This document shows, one piece after another, positions 49,059-56,963 of a stretch of DNA of 64,000 nucleotides. A model generated the notes under the pieces. That model was given only the letters and a program-made list of their open reading frames with translations. It had not been told where the DNA came from and did no database searches. Both the position numbers and the translations under genes were made by a program. Origin of the DNA: a virus (Duplodnaviria > Caudoviricetes); IMG/VR virus record IMGVR_UViG_3300032320_001447, positions 110,360-174,359 of that record. The stretch is one strand, 5' to 3'. Within the stretch, counting starts at the first letter, position 1. Each line of letters starts with the position of its first letter.

Positions 49059-50501
49059 TTAATAAGTTAATTTATGTACAATTTTCTTTCTTGGTAATTT
49101 GTCTGTCTTGATAAGCTCGAAAGATTTTCTAGGAACAAATTTATCGAATGTGTTATCTAAGCACTCAGATACATTTTGACACATGTGTGCTGCCGTCATC
49201 ATCGCTTCTTCTGATTGTGCCCATTTTCTACCAGCCATTCCTCTTCTAGTTCTTTCTTCTACTGGTAAATTATAGACCTCTTCGATAGCTTTTGCTACAT
49301 CTCTAAAATCACATCTATCATCAAAGATATAAGGCGTAGGAATAGAACCTACAATACTTAAATTACTTGGGTAAACTGGGATTGCCCACTCTCCATGTTT
49401 TTTATAAGTACCGAAATGATTAGAACAGAAGTTCTCGTCGAAATCAATCCAATTACCGTCTTCGTCTTCGAATCTCATTTGATCTTGCATACCACCAGTT
49501 ACGTTTGCAATAATCATCTTACCACACATCATAGACTCTGTCAAAGATAATCCCCAACCTTCGTTAGAAGATACTAAGCAAGATACGTCTGATAAGTTGT
49601 ACAATAAATTAACTTCATCTGCCGCTACTCTAGCATCATGAAATACTACTCTTACATATTCTGGATCGCAAAGTAGATCTCTCACAGCCGCTAAGTCTGT
49701 ACCATTGTCGTCCATCACTTGTGTGTGTAATAACAATGCGCACTTCTTAGCCTTATCTTTACCGATGCTATCACAGAAGGTCGCGTACGCAGCTAATAAA
49801 TCTGAGGTACATTTTCTTCTAATGTTTCTAGCGTTATAGAAAACTACGAATTCAGGTACATCGTTTCCAAATAAAGCTTTTCTTTTCGCATCAAGTTTCT
49901 TGCTCTCTTCAACCATAAATTCATTGATAGGATGGAAGATGGTTTCATTAATTCCATGAGGCACATACTTCAATATCTTGTCTTGAATCTTATCGCCTAA
50001 CACCATCTTATTGATGTTCAAAGTTTGTTTAGATATCGCCATTAACGTATCACAAGATTCGTAATAAGGTTTGTTGTATAATGGAGCAGGTAAATCATCC
50101 CAAATATTCAAATAGATCATTGGAATTTTCTTTCTTATTTCGTTTTCCATTTGAAACAACCAAATCCAATATCTTGGATCAGTAAAGAACATGATTGCAT
50201 CTGGATTTTCTATACTGATGAGTTGTCTAATTATCTCAGGGGAACCATACCCATTAATAGGATAGATGTATACGTAAGAATCATCTATACCCATTATATT
50301 ATTTGTATCTTGAGATATATCCAGTCTTTTACCATCTTCTGGATGCTGGATAGCTCCTCCTAAATTGATCCAATTAAATCTGTGCGCAGTACCTACCACT
50401 ATTTCTCTAGCCATAGTAGATATACCGCTAGTCATTCTGATGTCATCACAAAGCAAAAGAACTTTTTTTCTCTGAGCTTGTGGAATATAACCATTTACCA
50501 T
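49059..50501 (-). CDS. GT4-like (GT-B) glycosyltransferase
   Basis: 'VPHGIN', 'RNIRRK', 'SNEGWGLSLTESM', 'TGGMQDQ'. Confidence 0.85.
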   Translation of the reverse strand: MVNGYIPQAQRKKVLLLCDDIRMTSGISTMAREIVVGTAHRFNWINLGGAIQHPEDGKRLDISQDTNNIMGIDDSYVYIYPINGYGSPEIIRQLISIENPDAIMFFTDPRYWIWLFQMENEIRKKIPMIYLNIWDDLPAPLYNKPYYESCDTLMAISKQTLNINKMVLGDKIQDKILKYVPHGINETIFHPINEFMVEESKKLDAKRKALFGNDVPEFVVFYNARNIRRKCTSDLLAAYATFCDSIGKDKAKKCALLLHTQVMDDNGTDLAAVRDLLCDPEYVRVVFHDARVAADEVNLLYNLSDVSCLVSSNEGWGLSLTESMMCGKMIIANVTGGMQDQMRFEDEDGNWIDFDENFCSNHFGTYKKHGEWAIPVYPSNLSIVGSIPTPYIFDDRCDFRDVAKAIEEVYNLPVEERTRRGMAGRKWAQSEEAMMTAAHMCQNVSECLDNTFDKFVPRKSFELIKTDKLPRKKIVHKLTY

Positions 50502-50510
50502 TTGTTGTAA

Positions 50511-50729
50511 CTATTTTATTGCGTTAATTATTTCAGATCCTGTGTAGTATGTGTTGTATTGTTCGTGTAACTTAGCTCTAAAGCTAGAATCAGTCAGATA
50601 CATATACATCGTTCTCTCCACTATGTCTTGTAAGTTCATCTTAGTTCTTATTGAGGTAATCTTGAAGTCCTCGTATAGAGTCTCGGGTATCTTTACAGAA
50701 GTAATTACCCTTTTCGTTTTGCTAACCAT
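50511..50729 (-). CDS. Ribbon-helix-helix-like DNA-binding protein
   Basis: 'ITSVKIPETLYEDFK...LQDIVERTMYMYL'; first gene of the glycan cluster. Confidence 0.6.
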   Translation of the reverse strand: MVSKTKRVITSVKIPETLYEDFKITSIRTKMNLQDIVERTMYMYLTDSSFRAKLHEQYNTYYTGSEIINAIK

Positions 50730-50777
50730 ATTATAATTTATTTACTATAAATATGTAGATAAATAGTAAATATAAAT

Positions 50778-51698
50778 TTATAACAAATCTTTTTTATTTG
50801 TTCGGTCGCAGTGCTCTGGTTTGTCTTTGAATGGGCACCACTTACAACCATCTAAGTTCTTTGTATACTCTCTTTCTGTTATATACTTGGCGTCAGCTGT
50901 GAATGTTTCTCTAACAAAAGATTCGAACTCTGCAACAGCGTCTTTTACTTTCTTTGTGCCTTGAGCTGGAATAAACTCCTGAACGTACTTGGTAGGAAAA
51001 TCAGGGCTAACGTAAGGTCTTCTCTTTACTATAAAGAATCTCACTTCTATTTTATCTATTGGAACGTTTAGAGCTCTTGAGTAGAAGTGTTTGTACAAAA
51101 GCAACTGACTTATCTTGTTCTTATCTTTCTTGTCGTTATCGTTCCAACCTTTTGTTGAAGTCTTAATATCGTAGATCTCGTAAGTCTGTGTATTCTTATT
51201 AAAGAAGATCAAGTCGATAGAACCAGTCATGATCACATTTGGAATCTCTTCTACTATGTATTGTTCGATTGGAATCTCTATGCCGATTAGCTTAGTAGTT
51301 CTTAAATTAAAATACTCGCCTCTTTTCTTCTTGATCCAATCCAATATAGTAATACCGTCTTCTATAAACTCTTTGAAATCTTTAGGCTTTATGAAGTGTT
51401 CGCCTTTCTGTTCTTCTAAAGCCTCTTTATAATTCGCGTACATTCTTTCTTTTAACAATCCAGCCAAGTCCATTTCGTCTGCTTTTTTGGCCGAATCTTC
51501 GAACATTACTTTTAACCAGTCTTGCATGGTTTCGTGGAAAGAGGTACCGAAAGTTAAATGCACAGAGGGTTTGAATATCTTTAGTTTCTTAATGTAGTTA
51601 AGATACCATTGATATTGACACTGCTTGTATATAGAATATTGTGAATAAGACACAGACTTCTGATAAGCATAGTTTACTCCCCATACATGTTTTGGCAT
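50778..51698 (-). CDS. PD-(D/E)xK RecB/Cas4-like exonuclease
   Basis: 'SYSQ...C', 'FGTSFHE', 'GSIDL...IYDIKTS', 'QLLLY', C-terminal 'CKWCPF...C'. Confidence 0.85.
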   Translation of the reverse strand: MPKHVWGVNYAYQKSVSYSQYSIYKQCQYQWYLNYIKKLKIFKPSVHLTFGTSFHETMQDWLKVMFEDSAKKADEMDLAGLLKERMYANYKEALEEQKGEHFIKPKDFKEFIEDGITILDWIKKKRGEYFNLRTTKLIGIEIPIEQYIVEEIPNVIMTGSIDLIFFNKNTQTYEIYDIKTSTKGWNDNDKKDKNKISQLLLYKHFYSRALNVPIDKIEVRFFIVKRRPYVSPDFPTKYVQEFIPAQGTKKVKDAVAEFESFVRETFTADAKYITEREYTKNLDGCKWCPFKDKPEHCDRTNKKDLL

Positions 51699-51702
51699 TG
51701 TC

Positions 51703-51972
51703 TTATTTTTTACCGTCTATTGTAGACTTTATTTTTTGTAGATACAGGATTGCATCCATGTGTTCTTCGATTGCATGTTGCAACCATTCAGACAAAGATA
51801 GATCGGTTCTGTCCAAATCGGTGTTGTATTTTGCTTTACCGACTCTTGATCTGTCGATAAATTGATCCACAATACCATCGACTATAGAATCAGTCTTTAG
51901 AACTTGTCTTGTGTTTTCTGATGTGTAGATAGTGTTGTCTCCGTATACTTCTCTATTCTTCGTTTTTCTCAT
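51703..51972 (-). CDS. Small all-alpha phage protein (possible NTP-pyrophosphohydrolase-like)
   Basis: 'GKAKYNTDLDRTDL...WLQHAIEEHMDAILY'. Confidence 0.5.
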   Translation of the reverse strand: MRKTKNREVYGDNTIYTSENTRQVLKTDSIVDGIVDQFIDRSRVGKAKYNTDLDRTDLSLSEWLQHAIEEHMDAILYLQKIKSTIDGKK

Positions 51973-52198
51973 CGTTTTCTGTTATTGCTAATTCTGGTGG
52001 ATAAAAATCTCGGTTAACGTGTCCGCATTTGGTACAGCAAAAAACTTGCACTGGCGCCAAACCTTCTCTTCCATCTGTGGATAAAAATTTACTTACCTTT
52101 CTTAATAGCATTCCCATTGTAAAAGCATTGTGACCGCAATTTTCGCAAAGCCATGGTGTGGTTTTGGTTAAATCTACTTGTTGTTGTTTTTGATTCAT
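51953..52198 (-). CDS. Zinc-ribbon protein
   Basis: CENCG...CTKCGH. Confidence 0.6.
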   Translation of the reverse strand: MNQKQQQVDLTKTTPWLCENCGHNAFTMGMLLRKVSKFLSTDGREGLAPVQVFCCTKCGHVNRDFYPPELAITENDEKNEE

Positions 52199-52201
52199 TT
52201 T

Positions 52202-52465
52202 TTATTTTTTAGATTCCCAATATAATTGTCTTACTTTACTTCCTAATTCTTGATCATTAGGCGTACTCAATACTATATACTCAGATACAGTGAATAAATT
52301 TCTATGAGAATTCAAAGCAATTGGCTCTTCGTCTTTATTGCCACATTTATCACATAATTGACCAGCGCCTTCAACGTAGTTAAAACGATAATCTATGTGG
52401 TCGTAAAATTTGTAAGGAGTTTCTGCGCCGCAAATGACACAAAGTTCGATTGGATTATTTTCCAT
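52202..52465 (-). CDS. Zinc-finger hypothetical protein
   Basis: CVIC...YVEGAGQLCDKC; 'TPNDQELG'. Confidence 0.6.
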   Translation of the reverse strand: MENNPIELCVICGAETPYKFYDHIDYRFNYVEGAGQLCDKCGNKDEEPIALNSHRNLFTVSEYIVLSTPNDQELGSKVRQLYWESKK

Positions 52466-52532
52466 AGTGTTATAGATTTATATATAAATGTAACAATTAT
52501 GGATAAGATGGAGAAATAAAAGTTTAAAGTAA

Positions 52533-52867
52533 AGCTGTTGTTCTTTGACTTATTTTTTATTTTTTGTTAATTAACTTTGATTCTAATTTGTCTAGTCGAG
52601 AATCCATCATACTGTAGATGGCTTGTTCTGATTCTGCTCGATTTCGGTGAACTTGTTCTATCTCAAAGGATAGTACTCTATTTGTTTGAGCGTCTATTTC
52701 AATGACGTCTCTGTTAAGGTCTTCGATTCTTTTTTCTAACTTAATGGTCTTAAAGAATGCAATAACAGCAACTATCGCTAACGCGATAACCACCACTATG
52801 CTCATCCCTAAAACGAATGATAGTGTTTCCATATTTTATTTCTCCTATATGTCAAAGAACAACAGCT
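52533..52867. repeat. Perfect 17-bp inverted repeat bracketing one gene
   Basis: AGCTGTTGTTCTTTGAC (52533-52549) and GTCAAAGAACAACAGCT (52851-52867). Confidence 0.9.
52557..52832 (-). CDS. Single-TM coiled-coil membrane protein
   Basis: N-terminal hydrophobic helix, 'MDSRLDKLESKL'; AGGAGA 8 nt upstream of the ATG. Confidence 0.7.
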   Translation of the reverse strand: METLSFVLGMSIVVVIALAIVAVIAFFKTIKLEKRIEDLNRDVIEIDAQTNRVLSFEIEQVHRNRAESEQAIYSMMDSRLDKLESKLINKK

Positions 52868-52868
52868 A

Positions 52869-53513
52869 TTATTTTCTACCTAATTCCCATCCCATAGGAA
52901 CAGAATCAGTTTTTTTTATTTTTTTATTCTCAATACCATTTGTTATCCAACAAGTTCCAAATTGTGAATTATTAAAACCTAAACCATGTCCAACTTTAGA
53001 TTGTTTCATTTTTTCTATTGTCTCAGATTTGTGTTGTTTACCAGTCCAATCTAAATGGAATAATGTGCGGCCATTTTCTTTTCGTTTAATATAACAAGTA
53101 TAACTAGCTATTTTCATTTTTTCAATATAACTGTTACGATATGTTTCATTTGTTTTTAATAATTCGTTATGCTTTTTATTAGCACATATAGACCTATATT
53201 TCTGCTGCTTGTCTGAAATGAATCCACCCTTCCCGCCAATCATCAAATTCATACACATAGCGTCTTTTATAACCTCTTCATTAACTAATTCTCTTTCTCT
53301 TTTAACTAGTGATTCTCTATCGTCAAAGAATTCTAGAATCTCTAATTTGAAATTCTCTTTACCGTATTTTCTTACAGATCTTCTAAGTCTTTTTCCGCTT
53401 CCTAAATAACCATCATTCAAATTAGAAGTCGAATGCATTCCTATATAGTATTTTCCATTCTTAAGATTTGTTGTCTTATAAATGAAATGGTACTTGTGTT
53501 TTGGCCTTGGCAT
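52869..53513 (-). CDS. GIY-YIG (Seg-like) homing endonuclease next to the tRNA
   Basis: 'FIYKTTN...YYIGMHST...YLGSG', 'HKSETIEKMK', 'GWELGR'. Confidence 0.85.
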   Translation of the reverse strand: MPRPKHKYHFIYKTTNLKNGKYYIGMHSTSNLNDGYLGSGKRLRRSVRKYGKENFKLEILEFFDDRESLVKRERELVNEEVIKDAMCMNLMIGGKGGFISDKQQKYRSICANKKHNELLKTNETYRNSYIEKMKIASYTCYIKRKENGRTLFHLDWTGKQHKSETIEKMKQSKVGHGLGFNNSQFGTCWITNGIENKKIKKTDSVPMGWELGRK

Positions 53514-53561
53514 ATCTATGGTTTATTATAAATATGCTCAAGGTACAAAAAGTAGTCCCGG

Positions 53562-53649
53562 CGGAGAGAGTAGGATTCGAACCCACGGAACAGTTTCCCG
53601 TTCTCCTGATTTCAAGTCAGGTGCAATAGACCAACTCTACCATCTCTCC
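53562..53649 (-). tRNA. tRNA-Ser(UGA)
   Basis: GGAGAGA/TCTCTCC acceptor, CCTGA-CTTGAAA-TCAGG anticodon arm, long variable arm, GTTCGAATC T-loop, G discriminator; CCA not encoded (CCG follows). Confidence 0.95.
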
Positions 53650-53789
53650 ATTACGGTGGCGACAATACTTAGACTAGGGCTGCAGACCCTTAGTATTGCG
53701 GTTCTTCAACCACCAACCACCAGCTTAAGACGTCAATGCCAATGGTCCTGCTTATATTAGAGACGTTTTGGCAGCCAACGTCTTTACGG

Positions 53790-53905
53790 TGCCGGTGGAA
53801 GTATTGCTTAACTTCACGGAGTCCTTTTCGGTCACTCCACCACTTCGAATCAGGTACGTCTCAATGTTACTCGTCAGTTTACATTGTTTATTCCGCCACA
53901 CCGGC
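53790..53905 (-). ncRNA. tRNA-like RNA (class II body, aberrant D, anticodon and T arms)
   Basis: GCCGGTG/CACCGGC-A acceptor, TGGCGGAAT...AGACGT D arm with hairpin insert, GGAGT/ACTCC arm, GAAGT/ACTTC arm. Confidence 0.6.
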
Positions 53906-53916
53906 ATATTAAATTT

Positions 53917-54006
53917 AGGAAAGCAGAAGATGGGTGCGTGGACATCTGCTTTTACGATTGGCATTTCTAACCGATTTATGCAATAAATGCTCATCCCAAT
54001 CAACCT
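53917..54006 (-). ncRNA. Candidate structured RNA (multi-stem junction)
   Basis: AGG/CCT closing, GATTGG/CCAATC and AAAGCAGA/TCTGCTTT stems. Confidence 0.5.
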
Positions 54007-54091
54007 TAATACTGAAACAAACTACCCACAATTTTTCTAAGTCGCCATCCAAGTCATGCTCTGGTTAAACAAGCGGTAGGTAGTTGTATTT

Positions 54092-54502
54092 TTATACTTT
54101 AGTTAATTTTGCTTTGTAGTATCTGGTATGTTTATCTTCTGGATTAATGAGAATATCGACTTTCTTCTTCCATCTTTTATTCATCAAATCTCGTATTACA
54201 TAAATTCCGCTATGTTTTCCAATACCGGTAATTTTTACTTTTTGTCCAAACTTAAACTTCTTTTTTAAGTCTCTACTTATAGCGATTATTTTGTGACGTC
54301 CTGGATTTAGAGAGTCGAGTTTAAAACCGCTAGCCGTAATAAGAGGCTCTTCGTCAGTTTGTTTTGGATCGATGTTGTAAGTAGTCACCGTTACAATGTC
54401 TGTAATTACAGGCTCTGATTTATTTGATTTAAAAAAGTGTACAGTACTTTTTAATGGTATTGTAAAAAACACTGATAATACAAAAGAGAAAATCCATTTC
54501 AT
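54092..54502 (-). CDS. 3D-domain (peptidoglycan-acting) protein
   Basis: N-terminal signal; 'VTTYN...QTD...ITASG', 'IAISRDL', 'IRDLMNKR...VDIL'. Confidence 0.75.
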   Translation of the reverse strand: MKWIFSFVLSVFFTIPLKSTVHFFKSNKSEPVITDIVTVTTYNIDPKQTDEEPLITASGFKLDSLNPGRHKIIAISRDLKKKFKFGQKVKITGIGKHSGIYVIRDLMNKRWKKKVDILINPEDKHTRYYKAKLTKV

Positions 54503-54516
54503 AACCTTTATTTTAG

Positions 54517-54884
54517 TGGAGATGACGAGAGTCGAACTCGTGTCTTCACAATGAATAATAATACCAACGTCTCACACGCTTAGATCTACGTTTTAAGCTG
54601 ATCAGTAAAAGGGTCGTATGGTTTTTGGTCCTTACGATATCCACCACTTAATTTTAATCTAAACTAAGAAAATCTGGTTTGTAACTTCTGTTCCTAGGAT
54701 GTTACACCCGATGCTAATTAAGCAGCTAATGCGTACTCGTTCGCGCCTACGAATTCCATTAAAGAATCGAAGGTCATTGTTGACATTTCGTCGGTTATTG
54801 TTTTGTACAGATTTAAAGAGATCTAGTACTTCTCTCTGCGTGTGGTATTACCTCCGAATTGCGAATCAATTCCAAAGCATCCCC
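54517..54884 (-). ncRNA. ssrA: tmRNA
   Basis: 5' GGGGATG / 3' CATCTCC-A with G3:U pair, T-arm GAGTTCGACTC, tag frame 54792-54718 reading DEMSTMTFDSLMEFVGANEYALAA*. Confidence 0.93.
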
Positions 54885-54907
54885 ATGTGAGTATATAAAT
54901 ATATGAA

Positions 54908-55150
54908 TTATGAGAAGATAATGTCTAGCTCTTCTTCATCAAATCCGTATTCGTTAATTAAATCGTCTTCGTGAGAAGAGATTTCTAAGATTTCGAATCG
55001 ATGTTTATCAAAGCAGTTAAAACCTTCTGGAGGATTTATTTCAGTTAAAAGGTAATTGCCTTTACTTGTTACCGCATCAACTGTGTATATTGCGTCCTCT
55101 ACTAAAACATTAGTATCGTCGGCTTTAATACATTTAACTCTCATATACAT
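54908..55150 (-). CDS. Hypothetical protein
   Basis: 'VKCIKAD...YTVD...FDKHRFE'. Confidence 0.6.
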   Translation of the reverse strand: MYMRVKCIKADDTNVLVEDAIYTVDAVTSKGNYLLTEINPPEGFNCFDKHRFEILEISSHEDDLINEYGFDEEELDIIFS

Positions 55151-55233
55151 AACTTATTAATTTAAAAGTAAAAAGACGTTTCCACGGTAGTCTGTCCAGG
55201 CGTAATGACCCCTGACCCCTCAAGTTAATTTGA

Positions 55234-55437
55234 TTATTTAACTCCTTCTGGAAAAGCTTTGTCAGTAGTAACTTCTGTTACTGTTGCAGTTGTGTCAACT
55301 TGAGGAACAACTGTATCTACTAACGTAGAATCTGTAGCTACTGTTGTTGAATCAGTTGTAGTTGTAGCTGCAGTGTTTCCTGTTCCGCAAGCAGCCAATA
55401 CTAATGCTGAAGCGAAAGCGATCATGATTTTTTTCAT
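55234..55437 (-). CDS. Small Thr-rich lipoprotein
   Basis: Signal peptide with LAAC lipobox; repeated DST/DT motifs. Confidence 0.75.
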   Translation of the reverse strand: MKKIMIAFASALVLAACGTGNTAATTTTDSTTVATDSTLVDTVVPQVDTTATVTEVTTDKAFPEGVK

Positions 55438-55553
55438 GGTTGTTTTCTTTTTTGATTAATGAATAGATATGCAATATACGCATCTCCTTTGATATAAAAA
55501 AATATTTAAGCTGTTTTTTAGTATATTCTTTTTTATAATATATAACAAATTGA

Positions 55554-56855
55554 TTATAAATTCAATTTACTACCGATCATGAAAGATCTTATTGGCATGC
55601 TTCCGTCTGAGGTGCTCAACATGACTTTAAAGTTTACATTCACTTTAAACTTCCTAGTGATTTTAAAGTCGGTAGCAAAACCTGTCAAAAATGTCAAATC
55701 TCTGTTTCTAGTTTGAACTCCGCTATTTAAAGAAATCGACCACGGAGAAACTATCATAAATAGATCTGGGGTTATAGTCTTTCTCCCTACAGTTATGGGA
55801 TACATGGCGAAGCTAATTAAAGAAGGGGATATGTTTGCCAATCCGCCTTGTATAAACGCGGTGTTAGCGCTTATATTGTAGCCAGTGATTAGCTTATCGA
55901 TTGGTTGAATGTAAGTGTATGCTGGGAATATCATATGATTTCCAAAGTCAGTGAAGTATGTAGCACCAAAGTTGTGCATCGCTTCTAGTTGACCTCTACT
56001 ATTCACTTGACTTTTAGTGTAACTTCCTCCCACTGCTACTTTGCTTAGATCCAAAAATACAGTAGCATTTGCGCCTACACTTGACATTCCAGTCATTGAG
56101 GATTTTGAAATACTCATGTTCATCGTAGGTACCACTTGTCTATTTGGAGCTTGTTCTGTTGCTGCCAAATCCGCAGAGAATATCATTGGATTCGCTTTAG
56201 CTACTTTCTTTTTCTCCTCTTTTTTTTCTTCTTTTTTTTCTTCTTTTTTTGATTCTTCCTTCTTCTCTTCTGTTTTACTCTCTGTTTTCTTTTCTTCTGT
56301 TTTTGCTTCTGACTTTGTTTCTGTACTCGAGCTTTTGCTCTCTGAACTTGAGCTTGAGGACGAAGAAGATCCAGAAGAAGAGGAAGATTGGGAGGAAGAT
56401 GAGGATGAAGAAGAAGTTGGCGGTGGTGATGATGACGCCGCCGAAGTCGATACACTTGATGCGCTCGAACTTGCCGCTGATGAAGCCGCAGAACTTGCTG
56501 CACTTGAAGCAGCCGCACTTGCAGCGGATGAAGCTGCTTGAGTTGCTGCGCTTGCTGCAGTTTGTGCTATTATAGCTGTTGATTGTTGGGATATCGGACA
56601 TGCCAATGAATTATAGAGCGCATAAGTTTGAGTTAACCAAATCTGTAATGCTCCTGTTTGAATTTCAAATGGTGAGAACGTTTTTATTTGACCGTAGAAA
56701 GAAACTACAGCGCTACCGTTTATGTACGTAGTTGTGGCGATTTTCTTTTCGCCTGTACATTTGTCTATAAATGTTTGAGTATAAGTTTGGCCCTTCGCAT
56801 GATTAGCGAATAATAATACAACCGTTAAAATGAAGGTTGCTAGCCATTTTTTCAT
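55554..56855 (-). CDS. Exported protein with Ser/Ala and Glu/Lys linker and C-terminal beta-barrel-like domain
   Basis: Signal peptide, low-complexity middle, amphipathic strands ending 'FMIGSKLNL'. Confidence 0.65.
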   Translation of the reverse strand: MKKWLATFILTVVLLFANHAKGQTYTQTFIDKCTGEKKIATTTYINGSAVVSFYGQIKTFSPFEIQTGALQIWLTQTYALYNSLACPISQQSTAIIAQTAASAATQAASSAASAAASSAASSAASSAASSSASSVSTSAASSSPPPTSSSSSSSSQSSSSSGSSSSSSSSSESKSSSTETKSEAKTEEKKTESKTEEKKEESKKEEKKEEKKEEKKKVAKANPMIFSADLAATEQAPNRQVVPTMNMSISKSSMTGMSSVGANATVFLDLSKVAVGGSYTKSQVNSRGQLEAMHNFGATYFTDFGNHMIFPAYTYIQPIDKLITGYNISANTAFIQGGLANISPSLISFAMYPITVGRKTITPDLFMIVSPWSISLNSGVQTRNRDLTFLTGFATDFKITRKFKVNVNFKVMLSTSDGSMPIRSFMIGSKLNL

Positions 56856-56962
56856 TATTTGAATTTAGCTAAGATCGCTAAGTTAGAATCTACTAATTTT
56901 TTCTTTTTAACACCTGAGCGCACACTACGCATTGCTCTCTTTTTTGATTTTGCGTTTGCCAT
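56855..56962 (-). CDS. Small basic peptide (35 aa, not in ORF track)
   Basis: MANAKSKKRAMRSVRSGVKKKKLVDSNLAILAKFK*; fills the gap exactly, TAATG coupling. Confidence 0.5.
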   Translation of the reverse strand: MANAKSKKRAMRSVRSGVKKKKLVDSNLAILAKFK

Positions 56963-56963
56963 G

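Larger units (their letters stand above)
4406..54902. promoter_or_regulatory. Dispersed ATATTTAT(A/T) motif, candidate phage promoter (12 copies seen)
   Basis: Plus: 4406, 4727, 15769; minus: 5749, 10751, 15671, 22165, 33153, 41630, 50746, 53527, 54894. Eleven lie about 5-25 nt upstream of a gene start on the same strand. Confidence 0.7.

Noticed and set aside
33162-50501. Bacterial chromosomal LPS/capsule locus
   Set aside because: No wzx/wzy/ABC export genes; interleaved with homing endonucleases and phage-type ORFs and shares the phage promoter motif
53820-53880. Hammerhead-like CTGACGA...GAAA on the minus strand
   Set aside because: Stems II and III cannot be formed around the core; the tRNA-like fold explains the pairings better
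53482-54003. ORFs 53482..53760, 53752..54003 and 53768..53986
   Set aside because: They overlap tRNA-Ser and stem-rich RNA elements and show no protein motifs
54699-54890. 63-aa plus-strand ORF
   Set aside because: Antisense to the tmRNA
56041-56601. Four overlapping ORFs in other frames and strands
   Set aside because: By-products of the Ser/Ala and Glu/Lys low-complexity linker of 55554..56855
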